Shown here: in pieces, positions 51,330-63,940 of the stretch
Layout: each line of letters begins with the position of its first letter
Numbering within the stretch: position 1 is the first letter of the stretch
Assembly: GCF_003704095.1 (NCBI RefSeq)
Contig: NW_020846908.1
Span: 248,001-312,000, forward strand
Source: Pocillopora damicornis
Lineage: Eukaryota
Direction of reading: 5' to 3'
Length of the DNA stretch: 64,000 bases
Notes under the pieces: model-generated
The model's database searches: none
The model's input: the letters and a program-made list of their open reading frames with translations, nothing else
Told to the model about the DNA's origin: nothing
Made by a program: the position numbers and the translations under genes

Positions 51330-51915
51330 ACCTATCTGTTCACTATAAATGTATCAGTCAACTCCCACAATAACAATATATGTATTTCAATGAATACCGA
51401 TAAAGGACAGATCAAAGCAGTAGACATTGTCACTGGGGATATTTCAGATGATCTTAAAAAGCAAATGAGAGCGAAAGTCCCAGATGACCCAACTAAAACT
51501 ATGAGCTTAATATACTCACTTGTCCAAAGAGAAACAACAGCAAAATGTGATTTAACAACCAATATTGATGTCACTGATGGTTTGACAAGTGGTGCAGAAT
51601 GTATTATAGAAAGCATAGGGAACTCTAGCAGACCAAGTATTACATGGGTGTCTTTTTCTGATCCAAGCATTGGCAGCCAAGAAAACTGCCATCTTTATCA
51701 CAGGGAGAATATGAAAAAAAAACTGGACACCAATTTTGGAGGTCACTAGACAATTCAGGATTAACAAGGAAAGTCAAGTGAAAATTATCAAGACCAGCTG
51801 GTGCAAAAACTATTCATCGTTTTCAAGGTGACTCTTAAGATGCAGCAGTTGTTGATTTCCCATCTTTAACAAGATATCATATGCACTATGTTAGCTTAAA
51901 TTGGGTTCAAAACAG
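51330..51915 (+). pseudogene. Decayed PIF1-family (Helitron/Helentron-type) helicase fragment
   Basis: TTNIDVTDGLTSGA, then after frameshifts GAKTIHRFQGDS*DAAVVDF...HMHYVSLNWV, which corresponds to PIF1 motifs V and VI (TIHKSQG; YVALSR), with an in-frame stop. Confidence 0.8.
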
Positions 51916-52391
51916 TTTGGTGCTCAAGGCAGCTCTTTGCATGCCTTTAGATAATAAATTTTAACCTTCATTTTTCTCTTAAATTGTAGGTTAAATGTTG
52001 AACTATACATGGGCATGTCTAAAAACATTCAATGGATCATGAAATTGTCCAGGTTCTGGTGGGTTCCTGTTCAACTGTTGTACTATGATGTCACAATTCC
52101 AGGCTACATCCCACACCATCAGTCTTGACAAAAACTGTTACCTTACCAAGGCTACTGAAACATTACAAGCAAGGAAAATTCAAGTTCAACCCATATTACC
52201 ATGAAGAGAGTCCAATTACATGCCTAAACATATGAACAATTGCATGATAACAGATTCACTGACAAGGTTGTAAAAATCCACACTAGCAACCTCACTGCTC
52301 AAATGTGATAAAACCAGCCCCTTGCTCTTCCCAGACAAAAGAGTATAGGCAGCAGATAGACCATGTCATTACTTTGAGACACCATTATTGT

Positions 52392-52431
52392 GCTTTGATA
52401 AACATCATTGAGCTTTGATAAACATCATTGA
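52392..52431. repeat. 20-bp perfect tandem duplication
   Basis: gctttgataaacatcattga x2. Confidence 0.85.
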
Positions 52432-53023
52432 GAACTCATTTAATGAGCAATTTGTACCTCATGCAGCAAAGAGGGTGTCAGGCTCTTACGTGTAGAAGGA
52501 TTTATCAATCAAAAAAGAATATCATGACAATATGTACATCCTGTTCAACTTTTATAAACTATGATGTAAATAACTAGACCATTTAGCATGATAGAATCCC
52601 TAGTTTCCAACACTTAGCAAAGCAAACACTTTTAACTCCTAAGGGAACCATTTAACCAACTCAAGTTGATAAAACTAACTTATCTTGCAACTACCGAACC
52701 AATGCAGTTCCACAGTTTCTTTAGAAACTTACTCTCTTTATTCACTCTAATAGCTTTATTAAATTAGAACGTATTAAAATTTAATGGCTAGCAGTCTACA
52801 TATCAACATGAGTAAATACAAGTTAAACTCAATGTAATGTAAATACATGTTAGAGGGCTTAACCAAAGTTAAATGACTTCATATTTACTTAAAACCTTAC
52901 TCTTCCATGACTTCTTTCAAAGAATTAAATTTGCCTGTGAAATTCCCTGACTTTTCATGATGTTAACTTAACATGCAATATAAATCTTAGGGAGCTTGGC
53001 CACTTAAAATTGAGCCTAGTTAA

Positions 53024-53219
53024 CCCTTTAACTCCCATGAGTGACCGAGACAGAATTTCTCCTCACAATATCAATACAATATCAACCAGATAGGTGATGA
53101 GAATAAAAAAATATCAATTTTGGGACAATTGGTTGATCCAATACTAAATTCTCAAAACTAATAAGTATTGTATGACTGAAAGTAAGAAGAATTACAAATT
53201 TGATCTGGGAGTTAAAGGC
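53024..53219 (+). mobile_element. TTAA-targeting piggyBac-like MITE
   Basis: TTAA|CCCTTTAACTCCC ... GGGAGTTAAAGGC|TTAA; paralogous to 12301-12499. Confidence 0.8.
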
Positions 53220-54371
53220 TTAAGTGTTTTGATCATTGCATAGATGTCAATGATGATAATGATAATGATGTTGCACATAGGAGGCTATAATTACAATAAT
53301 TGTAGACTATGGCCACTGTTTGAGTTCTTCGTAGAGTTGCTGGAATTTTCTCTCTATTTATTTATTTATTTTTGTTCAGCCTTAAAGTACAAAACAATGG
53401 CCGGCATTGCCAGGACAGTATGTCAAGATATTGGGACATGATTTACAATGTTCTGCAGCTGAAAACTGCAAAGGATTTGTTTCAAATTTTCAAATCTAAT
53501 CTACAGTTATCAAAGAAGCTGCAAAAAGGCCTTAGAAATACATAACGGAAACTCGATGCCCATACGCAAAATCCTTACTAAGTATGCTACAAATGTTACC
53601 ACCAAGATGCATCACGGTTATTTGAGTTGGAATCCCGTATGGGAAGCAAATTTCTTTTCTATTCCATTTTTCTTTTTCGAATTTGTTTAGTTTTATTCTT
53701 TGTTTGTTGAAATCCAGAGACGTTCAGTTTCCCAGTTTAAAAAGGCCATTTCGTCAACACGCAGAAAAGTGCAAAGTACTTTTCCCTATTTCAATCAACG
53801 TAACCTCTGTTTTCGACTTATCAAGAGCTCGATCCGTTAAGAAGTAGAAACCTTATGCCAACCACGACGGCGGCGACAAAGAAAATATGACAGAGAAAAA
53901 ACAAATGATATCATGGACAGAACATTACTTCCACACGTGTGTTCTACAACATTTCTTAGCGCTCCTCTGCAAAACAGAAAAGTGAAATAACCAAATTTTT
54001 CACAGTCAAAGAAAATTAATACCAATACACAGACGGTCCCTTTTTTACGGCTACTTTCCGTGCACCTCACCTCCAGAGTTCCGCGCGGTGAGCTAACCTA
54101 AGTTTCTTTTTTACGCTTACATTTTTTGACTTGCGCGACGGACTTCACCGAAAAGAAGGGACTACTCGTAACCAACGACAAATCAACAAAATTTTAGACT
54201 GAAAGTGAACGCTTTCAAACGTTACACAACAGATGAAGTCAGGTGCTGTTGCCGACGGTAAACAAATTAACACAAAACCACAAATTCATTTTTCGATGAA
54301 ACCTTTCCTGTCATGACTGCTTAAGCTGGTAACTTACTTCAGCTTAACTTTAGCCATGTATGCAGCCTTAA

Positions 54372-54467
54372 CCCTTTCACCACAAACAAATTCTGCTTGT
54401 CAGCACCTTGAGAAGTGTATGATGAACAGTATGGGGACTGTGCGTACTGATGTTTGGGTGTAAAGGT
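54372..54467 (+). mobile_element. Internally deleted piggyBac-like MITE
   Basis: TTAA|CCCTTT ... GGGTGTAAAGGT|TTAA; 3' half matches 61080-61152. Confidence 0.65.
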
Positions 54468-54537
54468 TTAAGACAAGTTTAACAACTTCCAGAGGGTTGA
54501 AGGAAAAAGAATAGCATACGAGAAACAGTTAATGGTA

Positions 54538-57500
54538 TCACCAATCTAGGTTTTCTTTCTTCATTGAAAGGCGAGGACTGTTCTCGGTGTAAAACTGTGA
54601 GTACCATCGTCTGTGTTTCTTGATTAAGTGATCTTCTTTCACTAAAAGTGGCTTTGGCACATACGTTTTGTGATTCCAAATCATTATATCACGTTCAACC
54701 TGTAGGAAAAATAAAATGTGTTCTAAATCGAAATCATTAAGCATTAAAGAGCAAATATACGTTTTATCAGTTAAGCAATATGGAACTTTTTCCGTGTCCC
54801 AACACGAGGAGGGGTTGAGAGAATTCGAAAACGTTGTGCAAACCATCGACTGCGTCTCCGGTTTGCATAACTAACGAGAATTATCCCAACCACCCGAGAC
54901 TGTAAAGCATAGTTTGGTCTTCGCGAACATTTTGTAGTAAACAAGATAAAGAATATCTAATGGAGGATTTTATTGCAGTACTTTTATTTGAGAATTTCCA
55001 GGAATAACGGTGATGGCAAAGCAGGCCGAAAACGGCAGAGACCACCAGAAAACACAAAGAATGAGTAGTTTTTATTAATCTTGGGTGTTAAGTGTTCACA
55101 TCTCGGAATTTCTGGCGTTGTAAATCGTCCGTATTTCGTTTCCGATACAATTCCTTATGACGGGTTCCTCGTAACACAAAGCGCGACGCTTTCATGAATA
55201 AATACATACGTGTCCGAGAATGCGCATGTACACGCACCCTTTTCTCGAGAGTCTCGAGACGTGAGCTTGGGACGCCTGTGATTATATACGAATTTTGATT
55301 GGTTCCTACTTATCTACTGGAGGGCAGCCGCGTAGATGAAGTCATCCTCAACAAATTTTTGCTTTGTTAACAGATAAAACAAATACATTCCATGTTGCCA
55401 TAGGTTTGTATAGTTACAGATCACGGAACTCTTATTTTCATAACCTAACTTGCTGTTTCCTGGTATTTGGCTGATGTTCTTTTCAACGCCTAATTCCGTG
55501 AGGAAATCCGCCTGGGTTTCTTCCCTATTGCATGGACAAATTGCAAAGATACCCAATAGGAGTGCATAAATTCTTCATCGATTTTTAGCTTATGTAAACA
55601 TGGGCTACTGGATTGATCAGAGGCGGACAAAAATAATCCTGTCAAAGAAGACCTGTGGAATTTATTTGCGCATATCTTTGATTAAACTGACTAGCGGTCA
55701 CATTAAGTGCGTTCTAAGGTATTTTCATCTCGAGGTAGAACACTCATCAGATACAAGCAAGAGAAAACCGTCCAAGCAAAGATCATTGCGTTACAATGCA
55801 AATATATATTGATCTACTTTGAGGCGAAACGTGGCATAGAATCACAGGCAGCCCAAGCTCCAGCTGTGAGATGATCATCTTGCGGAATACAAGTCGTGGC
55901 GAAAATATAAGAATTTGGCTAGGAATATTAACGACCGCTCTTTAGAGGTTGAAATTCAGTCAAATTATAAATAAAAATACCTCACATTGCATCGCTTGTT
56001 GTCTCACCGCTCACTTTGTTGTAAGGAGGCCATTTTGGCGAGTTATCCATTTCCAGGTCCTTCTCTTAGGAGTAGTAAACTTAGAAATAGATAACGCGCT
56101 AAAATGGCCCCGTTGAAACAAAGTAAACGGTCACAAAACAAGCATTGCACTGTGAAAGTAAGGTGAGGTATTTTTATGGAGAATTTGCCAGCATCTTTTA
56201 TTCCTAAGAGCGGCCGTAAATATTCCCATACAAACTCTGAAATTTTCGTCACGACTCTTATTTCGGAAGATGACCATCTCACAGCTGGAGCTTGGGCTGC
56301 CTGTGATGGAATGAAAAATAGTTGAATTCGGCCTGTGCAGGCGAGGAAAGATTTGGATTCCAGCAGCTAAATTTGACGAATTTTGCAAACGGAAATTCGA
56401 TAAACGCAGGATAATATTTTGAGCTGTTTCTGTAGGCTGTGTTTACGTTAATCATTCTGCGGAGTTGGATGTTTATCATAGTCGTGGATCTCAGCTTTTG
56501 AAATAAGAGCAACCTTGCATTGCTATAAGACTACTAATTACAAGCTAACAACTACGCCTTAATCCATATTCATTAAATAAGGTTGTGTTTTTCCGAGATG
56601 AGTGTACTTTTTTGTGTGGTTAACTTGAAAGTATGTAATCAAATCTACAGATGAACGACATTAATCTCTCACCTTGCCTAAGGTCTATTTTGAAATCGAC
56701 AATGGTCTCGAAATATCCCAAAATTAACTACAGCTCGCTAGGAAATAACTCAGTTCAGTCTTTTAGTTGTATTAAAGTGTGTACAGCCTGTTTAATTACT
56801 TAGATTTACGTTTTTGAAAAACAAATCACGACGGCCTAAAATATACGTCCTCAAAGGAAGAAGTCGTTGTCAGCGGAGATGGTATTTGCTTTTACCGAGG
56901 TCAAGCCTTTTCCTGAGCCAACCGATATCCTGTTGCCTAAACAGTGCGAAACCTCTAGCGGATACTGGCATAAACACGAGACGATCAGTGGGTCGAGTTC
57001 CAATTTGTTTCAGAAAAGTCCAAAGGTTTTTGAGTTGCCACTCTTCGCTATTTTCAACTACATAAACAGTCACAGTTTCTTCAACACTAAAACTTTCTAC
57101 AATAATTTCTTCGGCTGATCTAAATGACTAATCGTGCACCTTTCAATGAATGGTACGTTCAGTAGCAAACGCATCCCACAAAATCGCCTTTAGGCGTGTT
57201 GTTCCTCTAAATCACCTGAGGCACCTTCAACTGTTGTATTGCTAATTTATAAAACTACTCTTATCTGCCACACTATGTACATTTCCTTTCCATCCTGATC
57301 CTTTTGACGAATGGTGCAATTTGTATCAAATGGTACGATGATTTTGATAAGAACAGTTCTCCTTTTATTCAGTTCATGAATTCTTCTAAGTGCCAATGAC
57401 ACGATTTTTTTTCTTTTTTTTTTGCGTTTTCTGATTGATAGCCGTATTTGAAACTTAAAACTTAAAAAGGATTGACCTCAGCTTTTAGCGAGTTCTCCTA

Positions 57501-60500
57501 CACCATTTTTTGCGCATTGGAAGTACATGGCCATAAAGTGACCCCGGCCGAAACGATTATGTTACATAGCTGTGACGTAGAAAACTCTGAAGATATGTAG
57601 GCAACTATGGTGGCGAAATGAGAGATTAAGGAAAGAGGACGAATATATTACGTGGCCGGAGCGCTAAGTGTCGACAAGTGATTTTAGGTACAAGAATGAT
57701 ACATATACACCGGTTATTTCTACACACTACTATCCAAAGGATGTAGCTGTATGGCCAAAATGGACGCGTTTCGATCGTCGACATCGAGGAGATTTTACTT
57801 TTCAAAGTCGTCGACCTTATGCTCCATCCCGGCTTTGAAGACGGCTGTTGCGAACACACACTACTGGTCAAATCAGGGGAAGATGGCCAATGAATTCAGC
57901 CAGAGAGAATCCTGGTTAAGGTGCCTGTTTCCAAATCGGATACGATTGTTCCACATTCTTTTCAGCTGACATTTCGCAAGCGAAGAATGGTGAGCTGCTT
58001 ACTGTTGTTTATTTCACGCGCTTGAGATACGATCATACTCAAACTCCTTGTCTTTCCACATGACTAGATTTACAATTTTCTTCTCGTACGAAAATCCTAC
58101 CATTCGTAGTTTCCATCGTATTTTAATAGCAGAAATACATCCCTTACAATAAAGGTCAAGCCCTTTCCTGAGCTGACCGACATCCTGTTGCCTGGATGGT
58201 GCGAAACCTCTGGAGGATACTGACAACTAAGGGGCCGTGTATTGTCCTAACCTAGGTTTCCGAAAATCCACCACACGAGCCATTGATCCCCCGCCCTCAA
58301 GAAACTAAATGAAGCAACAATAGCAATATAATTGTGATAACAGCACAACAATGAGATAAATTGTGAAACACAAATATTATTGAATTAGATGGTAGCGAAT
58401 CCAAGTGGTGTGTGAAAGTCGATGCATCGAAATATATCGAAAATATTCATTTAAAACACTGATATCGGTTATTTGCTAGTAAGCGAAATGGGTTATGTGG
58501 CAATGCTGTATCTAAGATAAAGACGTTTTCCTCCAATATAAATACCTATTTGAGATAAAACTGAATCAGAGGACAATAAACTCAATCGTTTTCCATTTAA
58601 CCGGCTCGACGGTGATAGCCTCTGCCTTTGCAATCTCTGAGGAAAGGAGCAACTCGCACTGTAACTGCCCGATGACTTCTCGGCCAAAAAGATCATTGTG
58701 CCTGGTCATACAGCTGATTATTTCGAATCTTCCGTCAAAAGTTAGCTTTGGTTTGCGGAGGGAATTACTCTTCAGCAACGAAACTCTAGAGCGCTGACCG
58801 AGGGGAACCTTTGCCGCACTTAGCGCAAAGGAAGAATATGTTATGGTAACAGAAACAAACACAGCCTCCAATTTTTAATATAGACTCCGCCACAGAAAAC
58901 AAAACATGAACGCAACGAAATAAACATTCAGCAATGGGAGTTTTCCGTTCTAATCTTGACCTGAACACCACAGGCGAGAAACCGTCTTCATCAGTCTTCG
59001 TCGAAATTCTCGTTTGATGCATGCGGTTCCCGTTCGCAAGCTGAACCGTACACTCAACCTCCATTTCTTCTTTACTACTTAATTACGATGTATCAAAAAT
59101 CTCGGTAGAGTCTGCTGAAGGTAGGAATACATCACTATCGGATTATTTCAAGAGTATTTCAACGCTGACTAATACAAAATTACAAGAGATGAAAGAGATT
59201 TGTAAGTTTTCACAGTTTTCGACGTCATCACCCGCTAACTCGTTACCAGTCTACAGGACACTTTTAAGACAAAATGAGCACTCTGAGGCCCGAAAAAACC
59301 GAGATTTTATTTTTTTGTTTGTATTTCTTCTTTTATTGGGATTGGTTTGTACATATGATAAACTATAGTACTACGCAAAAAAAAATCCGTGTCATGGGCA
59401 CTTTAAAAGAAGAATAGTTTACTCCCAGTAATTAATAATTCAAATTATTAATGATCAATTTATCATTTAACTCAAGTACAGCGCTTATAATAAAAAATAC
59501 AGATTTTACCTGAATAGCCTCTGCATATAGGAGAAACTTGGCCACTATTGTGGGGACACCTCTGGAAACATAAATGGAGTGGCGCATGATTTGCAAAAGT
59601 GGTTCTTTGGGAGTCACTGAATGAAGGAAAATTCCATCACCAAAGCTGCTTCTCCATTTCATGAAGACCAGACCTGGACCAGTCTGACGGGGAAAAGATC
59701 CAAAAAATAATAATTATAAAGCAAACCGAGTCAGTAATAATTTGAAATATGCACATGTCATTTACTGAAAAAAAAGACTTGAATTTATGAAAAGTCACAA
59801 GTTACTCATTTAAAGTAGCTTGAAGGGGTTAAGGTTGCATTTTGTAATGCAATTGTCTGGTACATGGGCTGGCCGTAGAAACCCAAAGCATAAGGAATCC
59901 CAGAAGTTGTAAGTCTGGGAAAATAGAAAATTTAGATAAACATTGCCATGTTTATCTATGTTTAAAAAGGTTGTTTGTTTCTCTAAGGCACTTTCAGGGA
60001 AGATTTCTGATCACCATTTTTTCCAAATATCTTTTATTTGTAGCTGTGGTATCAATTTCATGAAACCTTCAAATTGTTTCAGTGAAAAAATTTGTTACTA
60101 GAAGTTATCAGGTCACAACAGTNNNNNNNNNNNNNNNNNNNNNNNNNNNNNNNNNNNNNNNNNNNNNNNNNNNNNNNNNNNNNNNNNNNNNNNNNNNNNN
60201 NNNNNNNNNNNNNNNNNNNNNNNNNNNNNNNNNNNNNNNNNNNNNNNNNNNNNNNNNNNNNNNCTGAGAGTGAACACCTACCTGCCTGGCTGTGACATGT
60301 AAGTCTAAATAGGGAATCTTGTATCCAAAGACTGATAAGGAGGTCACTAGCTGCAGACATCCAACATGCTTAGTATCCTCAAGAGGTTTCCATTCTGCAG
60401 ACCAGTTGTGTCTGGCAAATTGCCACCAATGTGAGAAAATATGCCTCAGATCAACCCCACTTAGAACTGGTGAGCTATGAAGATGATCAAGGTGGTTGAG

Positions 60501-62317
60501 GTCTGCTCCATTTTCAGGAATCTCCTGGATTCAGTTGCCAGTGACAAAAAAGAAGTCATCAGTCATTATGGGACTGCAGACTTGTACATATTAGTTGAAA
60601 ATACATACGGGTTACAGTTAATTACGCAATTATAATACCAATAATTAAGCTTAGGGTTAGGTTTAAGTTTAGTAATCACAATCAGAAAAGAGTTATAACA
60701 GAGATCTAACCTCCTGAAGATAGAGCCAATTTCTGCAACAAAACATCAGCTATAGCTTGACAGAAAATCAATCTTTCCAATCATTCAAAATGTTATTCAA
60801 ATAACATTTAGTCTGAAATCATCACCAGAAGCCCTAAGTATCACTGGGCTTGAACCAAAAGAAATTTTGTCTCTATTAATAATAATTAAAGCTTAGACCA
60901 AATGCTGACAAAACAGATGTTTATGAGGTAACAAAATTGTTAAATTAACCCTTTAGCCCCTAAGAGTGATTGGCACCTAATTTCTCCTTACACTATCATC
61001 CCTGAGTCACACATTTAGGACACAAGAATAAAGGAGATGCTCATCAACTAAAGAAGCTCTTGATTGTTAAACAAATCTTCCTTGTCAGCACCTTAGGAAA
61101 TGTGTAGAGCATAGTATGAAGAGTTTGCACACTGATGTTGGGGTGTAAAGGGTCAAGAGGCTAATTAGGAAGACAACTTTTTCAAATGCAACATAAAGTG
61201 GTTTGAATTGTGCCAATGCCACTTTTAATTCAAACAAATCATGATAGATGGTACAATAAATAATTAGCGAAGAAATCCATTTAACTTCTTAATCATATTT
61301 GGATGCTATATAGTCATTGTAAGCACAGATTTGTACAACTGTATTGTTTTTAACTGTAATTTGTGACACTGAATATCTCAGAATTTTAACTAAAAACAAG
61401 GCGTTTCAAAGATGTGAACGAACTTCATGTAATCGATGAGCTGCAAAGTTATATCATAACAAATCCTGGTCGCAGCTATTTTAAAAATTCGAAAATAAAA
61501 ACATGAGTAAAGTAAAGCCTACCTCGATGTGAGCATTGATAGTGTGTTGAGTAAAGCCTCGATAGGTCCAAGTTCCGTTTTGAATCTCTTCGATTTCATC
61601 AGGATACCATGAAGGCTCACTTCCTTCTGCGTGATACCAAATGTAAATTGTGTGATTAGTTTCCCAACAGTTCCATGCTTTGGTTTGCGCAAAATTAGGA
61701 ATATTTTCACTGTAAGGAATATCCGTACACTTTCCATCGCTCCCGCGAAATTTCCAACCGTGGAACGGACACTGAAGACGGTCACCCACCACCTGTCCAC
61801 CGATGCCTAAATTAGCGCCCAAGTGCGGGCAATAAGCATTCACAATATACGCGATTCCATCAGTTCCTCTAAACACCACAAGATCTTCGCCTAAAATAGA
61901 AACATACTTGACCTCACCCATGGCTAGCTCGTTCGAAGCGAGTACGTGAAACCAGCCATTAGGGTACACAGGTGGAACCTCGCCACGTTTTCTTCGCTTT
62001 CGATATTCGTTAGCAACGTCTTTCAGAGGACGCTTTTCATCTGAGAAATAGCCGATGTCGTGGAGTTTCCGCTGCATCTCTAACGGGTGAAATAAAAACT
62101 TCCATACTTTCAGGATTAGGTAGGCAAAGAGGAGAGAACCTGTTACCAGCAGGCAAATATTAAAGTTTCGATTCCTCGTCCAAAACAATGGCAGAGCATT
62201 TCCCCAAACTGAGTGAGAGAGATCGTTTAATTTAAGGAGCATCGGTGATGCCGCTGCAACAACGGCTAGGAAAAGCGACGTGCAAATTAATTTGGAAGAC
62301 GTCATCCTGGAAAGCAT
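54538..62317 (-). CDS. nvd: Rieske-domain cholesterol 7-desaturase (neverland/DAF-36), ~457 aa; exons 62317-61523, 60524-60282, 59683-59510, 54699-54538
   Basis: N-terminal TM segments, PPVYPNGW, Rieske CPHLGA...CPFHGW, mononuclear-iron motif [17 protein letters not shown]-terminal [10 protein letters not shown]...[13 protein letters not shown]; all introns phase 0. Confidence 0.95.
54790..54895. repeat. Short hairpin-type interspersed repeat
   Basis: gggttgagagaattc..gttgtgcaaacc / ggtttgcataac..gagaattatcccaacc inverted arms. Confidence 0.55.
57389..59402. mobile_element. Kolobok-like DNA transposon remnant (THAP fragment on +, convergent ORF remnant on -) in nvd intron 3
   Basis: TIRs AGTGCCAATGACACG / CGTGTCATGGGCACT, TTAA on the right flank (TCTA on the left); frameshifted THAP-like [17 protein letters not shown]...[27 protein letters not shown] at ~57689-57848. 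Confidence 0.7.
60123..60263. other. Assembly gap (Ns) in nvd intron 2
   Basis: Run of n. Confidence 1.
60949..61152 (+). mobile_element. piggyBac-like MITE in nvd intron 1
   Basis: TTAA|CCCTTTAGCCCC ... GGGTGTAAAGGG|TCAA. Confidence 0.7.
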
Positions 62318-63136
62318 TTCACTTGCACCCCCCCAAGATGTTGCTAGCGTACGCAGTCAGCAGAGGTAGTAGGCGGAAGAGCACACTTATGCACTGACGG
62401 CATAGTTCATAACGCCCTCTGATTGGTTTAAAATTTATTTGACTCAACCTCAACAAACAATTACCATTATATCGACACCTCATCAATACTGATTAACACT
62501 TGATGGACAGCACGTTTTTCCTCTTGAAAAATGTCTGATTTTCAAATCGGTAACATTTAATCTTTATCGCAAGACTGTCTGAATGCGTGTCCATTTATGC
62601 AGGCACTTTCCCTTTAAGAGGTGAAACAAGATTTCAAGTAGTCATCACGTAATTGCTGTACTGAACGAGAGAGGCCCGATAACGAAACAGAACTCTTGTT
62701 CATAGGCCACACAGTTGATAACGCCTTCTGACTGGTTCATGGGTTGGCATGTGGCCACGGAACAGTTTTTCGCGGAAAATTCTGAAAACTTAGGTTAGTT
62801 TTCCCAAGTAAAATTTTTATAAGAAAAATGCAAAAATTTCAAGAAGATTTCCTCAAAAGGAAGTGCAGATAGTGTTAGTGCTATCTTGATGCTGTAGAGA
62901 AAAGCACTTTTAAAAATGTGGTGGCTACAACATAAAAGACATCAAAATCGGGACAGGAAGTGAGTTGATTACAAGGCTGATGACGTTAAACGCCAGATAT
63001 CTCGCAAGGCCTTATGGTATGTAATACGTCACTCCTGTAAAGACCACTAACGCACATGTCAGCTTGCCGGCGACATTTTCTGTATTTGATTGTCGAACAT
63101 TCCCCTCTTTTTTTTTCGACTGCAGAGTAAATTTCA

Positions 63137-63940
63137 ATGGAAATCAAGGAGTACAGAATAACTTTGCCCGTATCTGTCGAAGAATATAAAATTGGTCAGT
63201 TGTACGCTGTTGCAGAAGCAAGTAAGAACGAAACGGGAGGAGGGGAAGGAATCGAAGTGGTAGTAAACGAACCGTACTCAGACCACGCAAAGTATGGGAG
63301 CGGACAGTACACACATAAAGTTTTCCATTTATCGAAAAAGGTTCCATCTGTAATTCGACTTTTGGCACCTAAGGGTTCGTTGGAAGTTCACGAAAAAGCG
63401 TGGAATGCTTATCCGTATTGCAGGACGGAGTATTCAAACCCGTACATGTCGGACAATTTCTATATCTATATCGATACATGGCATAGGGAAGGAGAAGGCG
63501 AGGAAAATGTGCACAAGTTAACGGCGGAAGAACTGGGAAACAGAGTTGTAGTAGATATTGACATATCTGACAACAATTGTGTTGCTCCATCGGACTACAA
63601 GGAAGATGAGGACCCAACTAAATTTCACTCCAAGAAAACTGGGCGAGGTCCTCTTGATTGTGAAGGCGAGTGGAAGAAAAACGACCATTGGCCTAAAATG
63701 ACGTGCTACAAGCTCTACCAAGTACAGTTTAAATGGTGGGGCCTCCAGACCAAGGTACAGAGCATTATCTTTAAGGCTGTGAGGCGACTCCTCACTAACT
63801 TTCACCGGCAGTTGTTTTGTTGGTTGGATCTTTGGTTCGGAATGACCATGGAAGATATACGAGAGCTTGAAGAAAAAACCAAAGAAGAGCTAAATAGGTT
63901 ACGACATGAAGGCGAAGTGCGTGGAATGTCTGAGAAATAA
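63137..63940 (+). CDS. PITPNA: Class I phosphatidylinositol transfer protein (PITP alpha/beta-like), intronless, 267 aa
   Basis: IKEYRI, EEYKIGQLY, GGGEGIEVVVNEP, GQYTHK, EKAWNAYPYCRT, KTGRGPL, FKWWGLQ, FHRQLFCWLD, TMEDIRELE. Confidence 0.95.
   Translation: MEIKEYRITLPVSVEEYKIGQLYAVAEASKNETGGGEGIEVVVNEPYSDHAKYGSGQYTHKVFHLSKKVPSVIRLLAPKGSLEVHEKAWNAYPYCRTEYSNPYMSDNFYIYIDTWHREGEGEENVHKLTAEELGNRVVVDIDISDNNCVAPSDYKEDEDPTKFHSKKTGRGPLDCEGEWKKNDHWPKMTCYKLYQVQFKWWGLQTKVQSIIFKAVRRLLTNFHRQLFCWLDLWFGMTMEDIRELEEKTKEELNRLRHEGEVRGMSEK

Noticed and set aside
60079-60360. ORFs containing X runs
   Set aside because: Artefacts of the assembly gap; the nvd exon chain is complete without them.
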